NCBI GenBank assembly: GCA_016935435.1
Contig: JAFGQZ010000043.1
Location: forward strand, 16,530 to 80,529
Source of the DNA: Bacteroidales bacterium
GTDB lineage: Bacteria; Bacteroidota; Bacteroidia; Bacteroidales; UBA10428
Direction of reading: 5' to 3'
Length of the DNA stretch: 64,000 nucleotides
This document shows positions 1-10,810 of this stretch, piece by piece. The notes under the pieces are model-generated. The model searched no databases. It saw nothing but the letters and a program-made list of their open reading frames with translations, and was not told the DNA's origin. The translations under genes were made by a program, and so were the position numbers. Within the stretch, counting starts at the first letter, position 1, and every line of letters starts with the position of its first letter.

Positions 1-28
1 TTTCAAATACCATACCAAAGTATTAAAA

Positions 29-1504
29 ATGGCTAAAGAAATAACAACGAGGGGAGAAAATTATTCGCAGTGGTATAACGATCTGGTTATAAAAGCCGAC
101 CTGGCCGAAAATTCTGCCGTTCGTGGCAGTATGGTGATAAAACCATACGGATATGCAATTTGGGAGAAAATGCAAGCCGCACTCGATAAAATGTTTAAAG
201 ATACCGGGCACGTTAATGCTTATTTCCCGCTTTTTATACCAAAATCGTTTTTTAGCAAAGAAGCAAAACACGTTGAAGGTTTTGCCAAAGAATGTGCCGT
301 TGTTACCCATTACAGGTTAAAAAATGCGGAAGATGGTAGTGGAATTGTGGTTGATGAAACTGCAAAACTTGAAGAAGAACTAATAGTCAGGCCTACATCG
401 GAAACTATTATTTGGAATACATATAAAAACTGGATCCATTCGTACCGCGATTTACCACTTTTAGTAAACCAATGGGCCAATGTTGTACGCTGGGAAATGC
501 GCACCCGTTTATTTTTGCGCACTGCCGAATTTCTCTGGCAGGAAGGCCACACAGCGCATGCCACAAAAGAAGAGGCACAGGAAGAGGCTTTGCGCATGCT
601 TGATGTGTATGTCGATTTTGCCGAAAACTTTTTGGCAATACCGGTTATTAAAGGCGATAAAACCGAAAACGAGCGCTTTGCAGGTGCTGAGAACACTTAT
701 ACTTTCGAAGCCTTAATGCAGGATGGCAAAGCCCTACAGACAGGAACATCGCATTTTCTGGGGCAAAACTTTGCAAAAGCTTTCGATGTAACCTATACAT
801 CCAAAGAAGGAAAAGAAGAATACGTTTGGGCAACTTCATGGGGAGTAACAACCCGTATGATTGGCGCCCTTATAATGTCGCATTCCGATGACAACGGACT
901 GGTTCTTCCCCCAAAAATTGCACCCACACACGTTGTAATTGTGCCTATTTATAAAAACCCAGAACAGCTTGAACAAATTTCGCTGAAGGCCAATGAAATA
1001 AAAAAACAACTCGAAGCCAAAGGTTTAACTGTTAAATACGACAACCGCGATACACATAAGCCCGGCTGGAAATTTGCCGAGTACGAGCTTAAAGGCATAC
1101 CGGTGCGCCTGGCCATTGGCCCGCGCGACCTGGAAAACGGTACTATAGAAGTTGCCCGCCGCGACACCCTTGAAAAGTCGGTTCAGGAAATTAATAGTAT
1201 TGCCGACCATGTTGTTGGTCTGCTCGATGCTATTCAGCAGAATATTTTTAATAAAGCCCTTAAATTCCGTGAGGCAAACACACACAAAACCGACTCGTGG
1301 GACGAATTTAAAGAAATTTTGGCCAACAAGGGCGGTTTTGTTCTGGCCCACTGGGACGGGACAACTGAAACAGAATTGAAAATAAAAGAAGAAACCAAAG
1401 CCACCATTCGTTGCATACCTTTCGGTTCTGTGCCTGAAGATGGAAAATGTATTTTCTCGGGTAAACCATCGAAACAACGCGTATTGTTTGCTGTGGCTTA
1501 TTAA
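29..1504 (+). CDS. proS: Proline--tRNA ligase, archaeal/eukaryote-like type without INS editing domain
   Basis: 491 aa; class II aaRS motifs ([43 protein letters not shown]), anticodon-binding domain, C-terminal ...FAVAY. Confidence 0.97.
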   Translation: MAKEITTRGENYSQWYNDLVIKADLAENSAVRGSMVIKPYGYAIWEKMQAALDKMFKDTGHVNAYFPLFIPKSFFSKEAKHVEGFAKECAVVTHYRLKNAEDGSGIVVDETAKLEEELIVRPTSETIIWNTYKNWIHSYRDLPLLVNQWANVVRWEMRTRLFLRTAEFLWQEGHTAHATKEEAQEEALRMLDVYVDFAENFLAIPVIKGDKTENERFAGAENTYTFEALMQDGKALQTGTSHFLGQNFAKAFDVTYTSKEGKEEYVWATSWGVTTRMIGALIMSHSDDNGLVLPPKIAPTHVVIVPIYKNPEQLEQISLKANEIKKQLEAKGLTVKYDNRDTHKPGWKFAEYELKGIPVRLAIGPRDLENGTIEVARRDTLEKSVQEINSIADHVVGLLDAIQQNIFNKALKFREANTHKTDSWDEFKEILANKGGFVLAHWDGTTETELKIKEETKATIRCIPFGSVPEDGKCIFSGKPSKQRVLFAVAY

Positions 1505-1529
1505 TAGAAAAGAATGCTATAAATCATAC

Positions 1530-1562
1530 CGCCGGAAACGCAGTTCTCCGGCGTTTTTTTTA
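1530..1562 (+). terminator. Rho-independent terminator after proS
   Basis: CGCCGGA...TCCGGCG stem (1530-1553) followed by a T-run. Confidence 0.85.
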
Positions 1563-1594
1563 TTTTTGAACCGTTTATTTTAACCCCTTCTGCA

Positions 1595-3217
1595 ATGAAA
1601 AAACTATTTATTATGTGTTTTGTATTGGCCGTGTTGGCTGGTTGCAATTCAAAACAAGCTGAAAAAGAAACCGATATGCAAAAAAAAGTATCCCAATTTG
1701 CCGGGTTTACACTTACTTCAAACATAAATGATTTATCGGAAAACGATAAACAAATGCTTTTGCTTTTCTTTGATGTGGCCCGTATAATGGATACCCTTTT
1801 CTGGGAACAGGCTTATGGTTCGAGGCTAGAGGCTATTAGATTGGCAAATGGCGATACCCTTAAAGAAAAGTTTATTGAAATAAACTACGGCCCGTGGGAA
1901 AGGTTGAACAATAATATTTCTTTTGTTGCCGGTATTGGGGAAAAACCCGCAGGTGCAAACTTTTATCCCTGCGATATTTCTAAAGAAGAATTCGACAATT
2001 TTGATACGCCCGATAAAACATCGCTCTATACCATTATCCGAAGGGATGAAAACCGGAACCTTGTTTCAATACCTTATCATGTTTATTATAAAAGCCAGCT
2101 CGATAGTGCTTCGCAGCTGCTTAAGAAGGCAGCATTGCTTGCTTCTGACGAAGGTTTAAAAAAATACCTCGAATTGCGGGCAGAGGCGCTCGTTACAAGC
2201 AACTACCTGCACAGCGATTTGGCCTGGATGGACATGAAGTCAAATCGTATCGATTTAGTTGTAGGGCCGATAGAAAATTACGAAGACCAGCTTTTTGGGT
2301 ACAAAGCATCTTTTGAGGCATATATTTTGCTCAAGGACATGGAGTGGTCGAAAAAACTCGAAAGGTATGCAACACTTTTACCCGATTTGCAAAAACGACT
2401 CCCTGTTGATGAAAAATACAAAACTGGTACACCGGGTGCCAGTTCCGACCTGGGAGCTTACGATGTTGTTTATTATGCTGGCGATTGCAATGCCGGGAGT
2501 AAAACAATTGCCATTAACCTGCCCAACGATCCCGAGGTGCACAAACAAAAAGGGAGCCGCCGGTTACAACTTAAAAATGCCATGCAGGCAAAATTCGATA
2601 AGATACTGGTGCCCATATCAAACCTTGTTATTTCTCCTGAACAACAACAGTTTGTTTCCTTTGAGGCTTTTTTCTCAAATACCATGTTCCACGAAGTTGC
2701 ACACGGGCTTGGCGTTTACCAGGTTGTTGACGATACCCTCTCGATAAGCGCTGCGCTTAAAGACAAATATACCACTATTGAAGAAGGCAAAGCCGATATA
2801 CTGGGCCTGTTTCTGGAAGACGAGCTTATTCGGTTAAACGAACTAGGAGCCGACATTCGCGAAAGTTATACTACTTTTGTAGCCGGCATTTTCCGGTCGA
2901 TTCGCTTTGGGGCTGCCAGTGCCCACGGTAAAGCAAATTTAATTAGCTATAATTATCTTTTGGAAAAAGGAGCCTTTAATCGTAACAGAAAAGGCATTTA
3001 TACAGTTGATTACGACAAAATGAAAGCGGCAGTTTCTATGCTGGCCAAAGAAATTATTGAGCTACAGGGGAACGGCAACTATGAAGCAGCCGTATCTTTT
3101 ATCGATTCATATAGCAAGTTCAAACCAGAGCTTAAGGCCGACATCGAAAAGATTAACAACATGGAAATACCTGTTGATATAGTTTTTAACCAGGGGCCGG
3201 CTTATATAGGCCTATAA
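1595..3217 (+). CDS. Peptidase family M49 (dipeptidyl-peptidase III-like) zinc metallopeptidase, predicted lipoprotein
   Basis: 540 aa; lipobox LAVLAGC; GPIENYEDQLFGYKA, KTIAINLPND, HEVAHGLG and EEGKAD motifs. Confidence 0.88.
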   Translation: MKKLFIMCFVLAVLAGCNSKQAEKETDMQKKVSQFAGFTLTSNINDLSENDKQMLLLFFDVARIMDTLFWEQAYGSRLEAIRLANGDTLKEKFIEINYGPWERLNNNISFVAGIGEKPAGANFYPCDISKEEFDNFDTPDKTSLYTIIRRDENRNLVSIPYHVYYKSQLDSASQLLKKAALLASDEGLKKYLELRAEALVTSNYLHSDLAWMDMKSNRIDLVVGPIENYEDQLFGYKASFEAYILLKDMEWSKKLERYATLLPDLQKRLPVDEKYKTGTPGASSDLGAYDVVYYAGDCNAGSKTIAINLPNDPEVHKQKGSRRLQLKNAMQAKFDKILVPISNLVISPEQQQFVSFEAFFSNTMFHEVAHGLGVYQVVDDTLSISAALKDKYTTIEEGKADILGLFLEDELIRLNELGADIRESYTTFVAGIFRSIRFGAASAHGKANLISYNYLLEKGAFNRNRKGIYTVDYDKMKAAVSMLAKEIIELQGNGNYEAAVSFIDSYSKFKPELKADIEKINNMEIPVDIVFNQGPAYIGL

Positions 3218-3254
3218 TACAGGTAATTTTTGTAGATAATTGATGTTTAGCCTG

Positions 3255-3320
3255 TAAAAGCCAAATGTTGGCGCAAAATAGCAGTTGTCTTACTGCCTTT
3301 GCACCAACATTTGGCTTTTA
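3255..3320. terminator. Long hairpin between convergent genes, probable bidirectional terminator
   Basis: 23-bp arms 3255-3277 and 3298-3320 with one mismatch, plus inner GCAGT/ACTGC stem. Confidence 0.7.
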
Positions 3321-3358
3321 TTACCTTGCTTGAATATATGTTAATTTTTTTTCTGTAG

Positions 3359-4117
3359 TTATTTCTGGTTTACAGAGGCAGATGCAATTTTTCTGCAAAA
3401 CTCGGCATCCAACCTGTCGATGTCCATAATTACTAACGACTCGCCTTCTATGTCGTAGATAGTAATGTAGTTGGGTATTTGGCGGGGCATTTCGCCAAGT
3501 ATAGCAGCAACAAAAACACAAGCCGATAAATAGGCGCCCAAAGCCGACTGGTGGCTGCCATCGGAAACATATAGCTGAATGTCGGGGCGAATTTGCTTTG
3601 CCTTTTCCCATGCCTTGCCAACAGGGACTAAAACGGCATTGTTTTCTTTTGCTGCACGGGTATATACATCTTCAATTACATGAAGGTATTGAGGCACTTT
3701 TTCCCTTGCCCAGGTCATATACAAATAAGGTTTTGCACCATGTTTTCGCGCAAGCCCGCAAAACAGCGCGATATATTTCAAAACACTGTCGGGCTGCTCA
3801 ATGGTTGACATACTCTGATCCTGTAAGACAACAATATCGAAATTACCAGTTTCTATGAGTTCTTTGGTATTTAACCCCCTGTTGCCATGCCAGTGTTCGC
3901 TCAACCTAGCCCCACCAACCACACTTTTTCGGGTAACCAGTTTAGTATCTGAACTATCGGATAGAATTGAGACTACCTGGGGTATGTTTTGAACATAGGT
4001 GTAACTGTTCCCAACAAACAAAACCTTTAGCGTATCTTTATCCGAAGGTGCAGAATAGCCTGGTTTTGGGCATAAAGCAATAAGAAAAAAAACGGTTGCT
4101 AATAGTTTTCTTTTCAT
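3359..4117 (-). CDS. SGNH/GDSL-family hydrolase, secreted
   Basis: 252 aa; signal peptide; LFVGNSYT block I, DIVVLQDQS, DGSH block V. Confidence 0.8.
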   Translation of the reverse strand: MKRKLLATVFFLIALCPKPGYSAPSDKDTLKVLFVGNSYTYVQNIPQVVSILSDSSDTKLVTRKSVVGGARLSEHWHGNRGLNTKELIETGNFDIVVLQDQSMSTIEQPDSVLKYIALFCGLARKHGAKPYLYMTWAREKVPQYLHVIEDVYTRAAKENNAVLVPVGKAWEKAKQIRPDIQLYVSDGSHQSALGAYLSACVFVAAILGEMPRQIPNYITIYDIEGESLVIMDIDRLDAEFCRKIASASVNQK

Positions 4118-4422
4118 AAATATTGTTTTGGTTAGTAATAAACAAATGAAGCTAAGCTAAATTACGGCTTTTATTCAGAATTTTTATTTTATAAGCTATA
4201 CGAAGTGCCCTGGATACTACATAAGATTGCTCACCCCCATAAAAAAGCTATTTTTTTTATAGCAACCTCTGCGTTTTTGATTAAAAATTATCCAACAAGC
4301 AAGGTAAAGATTACATGGGATTTATGGCCCTAAAGTTAAATTCTTTCATGCTTACATTTATCATTCCTTTGCAATGAGCAAAAATCTAACTTGGGTTCAG
4401 TATCAAACGATAAAATTGCGAT

Positions 4423-5997
4423 ATGAATGAAGGAGCTTTTCATTATGGCGAAGATTTTCTTACAGTTGGCACAGCACTAAAAATCGCTCATGGAACGATA
4501 AAAGGAATACTCTCGGAAAAAACAGGCAAAATTGTTCAAAACAGCCGCAAAGCAGTAGAAAACATTGTCCATAAGCAAAAAACTGTTTATGGCATAAACA
4601 CAGGCTTTGGTCCACTGTGTACTACACTTATCAATGAAGAAGACACAAAAAAGCTCCAGCATAACCTGCTTAAAAGCCACAGCGTTGGCGTAGGTAAAAA
4701 CATCGATCCGGAATTGGCCAGGTTAATGTTGGTTTTTAAGGTTCACTCATTGTCGAAAGGCTTCTCAGGTGTTTCAGTGGAAACATTAAGTCGAATAATC
4801 TGGTTTATCGAAGAAGATATTATCCCCTGTGTGCCTGAACAAGGCTCCGTAGGGGCATCGGGCGATCTTGCGCCCCTTGCGCACCTTTTTCTGCCCTTAA
4901 TAGGCTTGGGGCATGTTTTTCACCAGGGCGAAAAATTTCCGGCTTCTGAATTATACCGTATTCTTGGTGTCGAGCCTGTCGATCTGGGGCCTAAAGAGGG
5001 GCTTGCCCTTATTAACGGAACACAATTTATGTGTGCCCATGCTGCACTCGTTATTGAGAAATTGCAGAACTGCCTCGATAATGCCGATATAATTGCTGCC
5101 CTTAACCTCGAGGCAATGAAGGGCTCAGTAAAAAGTTTCGATGAAGGGTTGCACGCCCTGCGACCTTATCCGGCTGTTATGTATGTTGCCGAACGTATGC
5201 GCAATCTACTGCAAAATTCCGAAATAGTAGAGTCGCATAAAAACTGTACACGCGTTCAGGACCCATATTCGCTACGGTGCATACCACAGGTACACGGAGC
5301 ATCGCGAGCCGCATGGCTGCATCTTAAAGAAATACTCCATACCGAAATAAATTCTGTTACCGACAACCCGGTAATATTTGGCGAAGACAAAACTATAAGC
5401 GGCGGAAATTTTCATGGCCAGCCCCTTGCCCTTCCCCTCGATTATGTTGCTGTTGCAGCCTCTGAGCTCGGAAATATATCCGACAGGCGCATTTATTTGT
5501 CGCTTATGGATAAAACCGATGGTTTGCCTAAACTTTTAATGAAAAATACCGGGTTGAATTCGGGATTTATGTTGGTACAATATACTACGGCAGCACTTGT
5601 GAGCGAAAATAAAAGCTTGTGTTTTCCGGCCAGCGCCGACAGTATCCCCACTTCCCTCGGACAGGAAGACCATGTTAGCATGGGTTCAATAAGTGCCCGT
5701 AAAGCACTGCAAATCATAGAAAATCTCGAAAAAATTTTAGCCATTGAGCTTCTTACGGCAACACAGGGGTTTGAATTTCGGAGGCCTTTAAAATCCGGGT
5801 TGCTTATCGATAAATGCTTTGAATATGTTCGCTCTAAAGTTTGTTTTGCAGAAAACGACCGGGTTTTTGCCGATGATATAAATTCCTGTATAGGTATAAT
5901 CCGGAATAAAGAATTAACCTATCTGGTAGAAAAAGAAGCCCGCAACCATAACATACCAATAAAAAACCATACCCATGAAATATTCGGAATTTATTAA
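4423..5997 (+). CDS. hutH: Histidine ammonia-lyase
   Basis: [21 protein letters not shown] (MIO-forming ASG), [15 protein letters not shown]. Confidence 0.97.
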   Translation: MNEGAFHYGEDFLTVGTALKIAHGTIKGILSEKTGKIVQNSRKAVENIVHKQKTVYGINTGFGPLCTTLINEEDTKKLQHNLLKSHSVGVGKNIDPELARLMLVFKVHSLSKGFSGVSVETLSRIIWFIEEDIIPCVPEQGSVGASGDLAPLAHLFLPLIGLGHVFHQGEKFPASELYRILGVEPVDLGPKEGLALINGTQFMCAHAALVIEKLQNCLDNADIIAALNLEAMKGSVKSFDEGLHALRPYPAVMYVAERMRNLLQNSEIVESHKNCTRVQDPYSLRCIPQVHGASRAAWLHLKEILHTEINSVTDNPVIFGEDKTISGGNFHGQPLALPLDYVAVAASELGNISDRRIYLSLMDKTDGLPKLLMKNTGLNSGFMLVQYTTAALVSENKSLCFPASADSIPTSLGQEDHVSMGSISARKALQIIENLEKILAIELLTATQGFEFRRPLKSGLLIDKCFEYVRSKVCFAENDRVFADDINSCIGIIRNKELTYLVEKEARNHNIPIKNHTHEIFGIY

Positions 5998-7645
5998 AAA
6001 ATTTGCACAGCACCCTAACTACAAATCTCCACGCGGAACTGAACTGCATGCCAGATCGTGGCAAACCGAGGCCCCTTTGCGAATGCTTTTAAACAATCTC
6101 GACCATGATGTGGCAGAAGACCCCGAAAACCTTATTGTTTATGGTGGTACCGGACAGGCAGCCCGAAACCCCGGGGCTGTGTTAAAAATTATTGAGGTTC
6201 TGCTCAAACTTGACGAAAACCACAGTCTGCTGGTTCAATCGGGGAAGCCTGTGGGCATTGTACGCTCTCACAAAGAAGCCCCACGGGTGTTTATTGCCAA
6301 CAGCAACCTGGTTCCTGCATGGGCAACCTGGGAGCACTTCGCTGAGCTTAAGAACCGTGGATTAATGATGTTTGGGCAAATGACTGCCGGAAGCTGGATT
6401 TATATTGGTACCCAGGGTATTTTGCAGGGTACTTACGAAACTTTTGCCGAATGCGGAAGGAAATATTTTAACGGTAAGCTACAGCACAAACTCATCGTAA
6501 GCGGCGGGCTTGGAGGCATGGGAGGGGCGCAGCCCCTGGCTGCAACCATGAATGGGGCTGTTTTTCTGGGGGCCGATGTGGATGCTTCACGAATAAAAAA
6601 ACGCATCGATACTGGTTATATCGACAAAATGACAAGCTCTTATTCCGAAGCTGTAAAATGGGTAACCGCCGCTAAGGATAAGGGAGAGGCTTTATCGGTT
6701 GGCCTGGTGGGAAATATTGGCAATTTGCTTGAACAACTCCTTAACGATAACCTGGTTCCCGATATTGTTACCGACCAAACATCGGCACACGATCCGGTAA
6801 ATGGCTATGTGCCATGCGGATTTAATATTGAAGAAGCAATGGATCTTCGAAAATCAAACCCGAAGCTATACAAAGATAATTCCTTGAAAAGCATGGCCCG
6901 CCATGTTGGTTTCATGCTCGAAATGAAAAATCGAGGCAGCATTGTGTTTGATTACGGCAACAATCTGCGCGAGTTTGCGCGTCAGGGCGGACAGAAAGAT
7001 GCCTTTAACTACAATGGGTTTGTTCCGGAGTTTATCAGGCCGTTGTTTTGCGAAGGAAAAGGCCCATTCCGTTGGGTAGCGCTTTCGGGCGATGCCGGCG
7101 ATATTGCAGCGACCGACAGGGCACTAATTGAAGCTTTTCCCCAAAACATGCATCTGATTAACTGGCTTAAAGAGGCCGAAAGAAAAGTGAAGTTCCAGGG
7201 ATTACCAAGTCGTATTTGCTGGTTAGGTATGGGAGAAAGGGAAAAAGCAGGCTTGTTGTTCAACCGGCTTGTGAAAAATGGTATTGTTAAAGCGCCTGTT
7301 GTAATCGGGCGCGATCATCTCGATTGCGGATCGGTGGCATCGCCAAACCGCGAAACCGAAGCCATGCCCGATGGTAGCGATGCCATATCGGACTGGCCTT
7401 TGCTAAACCTGATGGCCAACACCGGTGGCGGGGCTGCCTGGGTTTCGTTTCATCATGGTGGTGGGGTTGGCATGGGGTTTTCGCAACATGCCGGAATGGC
7501 AATTGTGGCCGACGGCAGCGAAACAGCCGAAAAATGCCTTAGCCGTGTTTTATACAACGACCCTGCACTTGGTATCTTCAGGCATAGCGATGCTGGTTGT
7601 GTGCCTGCAAGAGAAAATATGGGTATTTTTAATCTGAATTTCTGA
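5975..7645 (+). CDS. hutU: Urocanate hydratase
   Basis: [40 protein letters not shown]; overlaps hutH by 23 nt. Confidence 0.97.
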   Translation: MKYSEFIKKFAQHPNYKSPRGTELHARSWQTEAPLRMLLNNLDHDVAEDPENLIVYGGTGQAARNPGAVLKIIEVLLKLDENHSLLVQSGKPVGIVRSHKEAPRVFIANSNLVPAWATWEHFAELKNRGLMMFGQMTAGSWIYIGTQGILQGTYETFAECGRKYFNGKLQHKLIVSGGLGGMGGAQPLAATMNGAVFLGADVDASRIKKRIDTGYIDKMTSSYSEAVKWVTAAKDKGEALSVGLVGNIGNLLEQLLNDNLVPDIVTDQTSAHDPVNGYVPCGFNIEEAMDLRKSNPKLYKDNSLKSMARHVGFMLEMKNRGSIVFDYGNNLREFARQGGQKDAFNYNGFVPEFIRPLFCEGKGPFRWVALSGDAGDIAATDRALIEAFPQNMHLINWLKEAERKVKFQGLPSRICWLGMGEREKAGLLFNRLVKNGIVKAPVVIGRDHLDCGSVASPNRETEAMPDGSDAISDWPLLNLMANTGGGAAWVSFHHGGGVGMGFSQHAGMAIVADGSETAEKCLSRVLYNDPALGIFRHSDAGCVPARENMGIFNLNF

Positions 7646-7649
7646 AGAA

Positions 7650-8891
7650 ATGATCGAAAGAAAACTTATTGGCCCCTTTAAGCAATTGCTTACCATGAAC
7701 AATTTGCCGGTAAATGGCCCATTAAACGATAATGAAATTGAAGTATTTGAAAAGGCCGGAATTTTAACCGAAGGCGGTTGCATTGCCGAAGTTGGCCTAT
7801 TTGACACCTTAGCGGAAGAAGCAAAAAAAAACAATTGTTCCATTGAAGAAATCAACAGTTGCACTGTGGCTATGCCGGGTTTTATCGATCCACACACACA
7901 TATTTGCTGGGCAGGAAACAGGGCAAACGACTATTCGATGCGCCTCGAAGGAAAAACCTATCCTGATATAGCAAAATCGGGCGGAGGCATTATCAGCACA
8001 GTAGAAAAAACGCGCAACGCAAATGCAGATGAACTTGCCTTCCTTACTGCCGATAGGGCCAAAAGGATGCTTAACGATGGTGTAACCACTATTGAAGTAA
8101 AAAGTGGTTATGGGCTTACTGGTAGCGAAGAAATAAAAATTCTTCAGGCAATAAAAAAAGCAGGTAATTTTGTTCAGGCCGATTTAATACCTACATGTCT
8201 GGCTGCCCATATTAAACCATACGATTTTGAAGGTTCAAATTCAGCCTATCTGAATTTTATTGTTAACGATTTGTTGCCTGAAATTTATGAAAAAGGCCTG
8301 GCAAACCGGGTTGATATTTATTGCGACGAAATGGCCTTTAAGCCCAAAGAAGCGCTCGATTTTCTCATGAAAGCAAAGGACATGGGGTTTGAACTTACCA
8401 TACATGCCGACCAGTTTACTATTGGTGGCAGCGAAGTAGCAGCAAAAGTGGGGGCTGTTAGCGCCGATCACCTTGAAGTTTCCGGCATACGGGAAATAAA
8501 ACTGCTGGCTGCCGGTAGTGTGGTTCCTGTGGCGCTGCCTGCATCGTCTGTCGGATTGGGCACTAAATTTGCCCCTGCCCGTAAACTGCTCAATGCCGGG
8601 GCAAGTCTTGCTATAGGTTCCGACTGGAACCCGGGTACGGCGCCGATGGGCGATTTATTAATTTGCGCTGCCATACTTGGTGTGTTTGAAAAACTAACCA
8701 ATGCCGAAACCCTGGCTGCTATAACTTTCAGGGCTGCTGCCGCACTCGATTTGAAAGACCGGGGAATAATTAAAAAAGGAAATATTGCTGATTTTATTGC
8801 TTTTGAGCTTAACGATTATAGAGAAATATTATATAACCAGGGCAAAATTAAACCAAACATTGTATGGAAAAACGGCATACCAGTGAAGTAA
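7650..8891 (+). CDS. hutI: Imidazolonepropionase
   Basis: PGFIDPHTH, GVTTIEVKSGYG, HADQF, SADHLE, SDWNPG amidohydrolase motifs; position in hut operon. Confidence 0.96.
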   Translation: MIERKLIGPFKQLLTMNNLPVNGPLNDNEIEVFEKAGILTEGGCIAEVGLFDTLAEEAKKNNCSIEEINSCTVAMPGFIDPHTHICWAGNRANDYSMRLEGKTYPDIAKSGGGIISTVEKTRNANADELAFLTADRAKRMLNDGVTTIEVKSGYGLTGSEEIKILQAIKKAGNFVQADLIPTCLAAHIKPYDFEGSNSAYLNFIVNDLLPEIYEKGLANRVDIYCDEMAFKPKEALDFLMKAKDMGFELTIHADQFTIGGSEVAAKVGAVSADHLEVSGIREIKLLAAGSVVPVALPASSVGLGTKFAPARKLLNAGASLAIGSDWNPGTAPMGDLLICAAILGVFEKLTNAETLAAITFRAAAALDLKDRGIIKKGNIADFIAFELNDYREILYNQGKIKPNIVWKNGIPVK

Positions 8892-8910
8892 TTATAAACA
8901 ATGGTATATC

Positions 8911-8919
8911 GGGGGGGGG
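8911..8919 (+). repeat. G9 homopolymer tract in the hutI-ftcD spacer
   Basis: Nine consecutive G in an otherwise AT-rich 74-bp spacer. Confidence 0.9.
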
Positions 8920-8965
8920 TACTAAAATATGTATTCGCTATTTGCAAACCTAATTTTTAAAAACT

Positions 8966-10666
8966 ATGCAGAAACAACTTATAGAATGTGTGCCAAATTT
9001 TAGTGAAGGGAACGATTTAAATATTATCAGGAAAATTACCGATGAAATTGAAACTGTGCAGGGCGTGCGGCTAATCGATGTCGATCCGGGAAAAGCTACC
9101 AACCGTACTGTGGTAACTTTTGTCGGCTCACCCGAAGCAGTTTGCGAAGCAGCTTTTAAAGCAGTAAAAAAAGCTTGTGAAGTAATAGACATGAGAAAAC
9201 ATAAAGGTGCCCATCCGCGCTTTGGCGCTACCGATGTTCTCCCTCTGGTGCCGGTTTCTGGTATTACAATGGACGAAGTGGTTATTTATGCGCGCGATTT
9301 AGGCAAAAGAATAGGCGATGAATTAAATATTCCGGTATATTGTTACGAGTTTGCAGCATTTGAAGAAAACCGAAAGAACCTGGCTAACTGTCGTGCTGGC
9401 GAATATGAAGGCCTCCCGCAAAAAATTGTGTCGCCTGAATGGAAGCCCGATTTTGGCCCGGCCCTTTTTACCCCGGAAACGGCTAAAAGTGGGGCAGTGG
9501 CTGTTGGCGCACGAAATTTTTTAATCGCCTACAATGTTAATTTAAACACTACATCGGTACGCAGGGCCAATGCCATTGCATTCGATATAAGGGAAAAAGG
9601 CCGCGCAAAGCGCGAAGGAAACACGCTTACAGGAAAGATACTTAAAGATTCTGATGGAAATACCCTTTACGAGCCCGGAATGCTTAAATGCGTTAAAGGT
9701 ATCGGCTGGTATATCGAGGAATATGGAATTGCCCAGCTTTCGTTTAACCTTACCGATATTACAGTAACATCGGTGCACCAGGTATTTGAGGCTGCCTGTG
9801 AACGTGCTGCAGCAAGAGGGATAAGGGTTACCGGCTCGGAATTGATTGGCTGTATTCCTTTAAAGGCCATGCTCGATGCCGGCAAATATTTTTTAAGAAA
9901 ACAACAACGCTCAACCGGAATATCCGACGATGAAATTCTAAAGATTGCCATTAAATCGCTTGGGCTCGACGACCTGGCCCCCTTCAACCCTAAAAAGAAA
10001 ATTATCGAATATTTATTAGATGAACCAACAGAAAAAAAACTTAACAGCTTAACAATAAAAGTTTTTACCGAATTAACTGCCTCGGAAACCCCGGCACCGG
10101 GCGGTGGTTCCATTTCAGCCTGTATGGGGGCATTTGGCGCTGCCCTGGCAACAATGGTTGCTAACCTGTCGGCCCACAAACGCGGGTGGGATAACCGTTG
10201 GGAAGAGTTTTCGGGGTGGGCAGAAAGAGGCAAAGAATGTTACAACCAGCTTATTAAACTTATAGATGACGATACCAATGCTTTTAACTCAATTCTAAAG
10301 GCCTATAATTTACCCAAAAACTCCGATGATGAAAAAACTATACGGCAGAAAGAAATTGAGCAGGCCACAATAACAGCTATTGAAGTGCCTTTGAAAACAA
10401 TGAAACTTGCTTTCGAATCGATGAAGATATTAAAAGTCATGGCTGAAACCGGAAACCCAAACTCTGTTTCCGATGCCGGTGTTGGTGCACTGGCTGCACG
10501 TTCTGCAGTTCTGGGCGCGCATTTAAATATCAGGATAAATGCATCGGGGTGTACCAATAAAGATTTTATAAATAAAGTTTTGTCGGAAGCAAAAGAAATT
10601 GAGGCCCAAACAATTGGCCTTGAAAAAGAAATCCTCGAAATTGTGGAACCGAAAATTCAAGCTTAA
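8966..10666 (+). CDS. ftcD: Bifunctional glutamate formimidoyltransferase / formiminotetrahydrofolate cyclodeaminase
   Basis: ECVPNFSEG N-terminus, HKGAHPRFGATDV, C-terminal cyclodeaminase domain (PAPGGGS, GNPNSVSDAGVG). Confidence 0.95.
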   Translation: MQKQLIECVPNFSEGNDLNIIRKITDEIETVQGVRLIDVDPGKATNRTVVTFVGSPEAVCEAAFKAVKKACEVIDMRKHKGAHPRFGATDVLPLVPVSGITMDEVVIYARDLGKRIGDELNIPVYCYEFAAFEENRKNLANCRAGEYEGLPQKIVSPEWKPDFGPALFTPETAKSGAVAVGARNFLIAYNVNLNTTSVRRANAIAFDIREKGRAKREGNTLTGKILKDSDGNTLYEPGMLKCVKGIGWYIEEYGIAQLSFNLTDITVTSVHQVFEAACERAAARGIRVTGSELIGCIPLKAMLDAGKYFLRKQQRSTGISDDEILKIAIKSLGLDDLAPFNPKKKIIEYLLDEPTEKKLNSLTIKVFTELTASETPAPGGGSISACMGAFGAALATMVANLSAHKRGWDNRWEEFSGWAERGKECYNQLIKLIDDDTNAFNSILKAYNLPKNSDDEKTIRQKEIEQATITAIEVPLKTMKLAFESMKILKVMAETGNPNSVSDAGVGALAARSAVLGAHLNIRINASGCTNKDFINKVLSEAKEIEAQTIGLEKEILEIVEPKIQA

Positions 10667-10810
10667 AGAAAAGTAACCGCTTATTGCCGGCAAGAAGTCT
10701 AACAGAACATAAAATTGTAAAGTTAGCATTCACGGTTATACCTATTTTTATTAAACCAAAAGAAAACATTAATTTCATGTTTTTGTTATTCGGTATAATT
10801 CATTTTGATA

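Noticed and set aside
29-1504. Archaeal/eukaryote-like ProRS as horizontal transfer
   Set aside because: This ProRS type is the normal form in Bacteroidota
4239-4260. A-run/T-run palindrome upstream of hutH as a riboswitch or operator
   Set aside because: Almost entirely A/T and low complexity; no recognisable aptamer and no hut regulator in the window
4423-10666. Fused eukaryote-like FTCD replacing hutG as novel
   Set aside because: The folate-dependent hut route with ftcD is already known in Bacteroidota and other anaerobes
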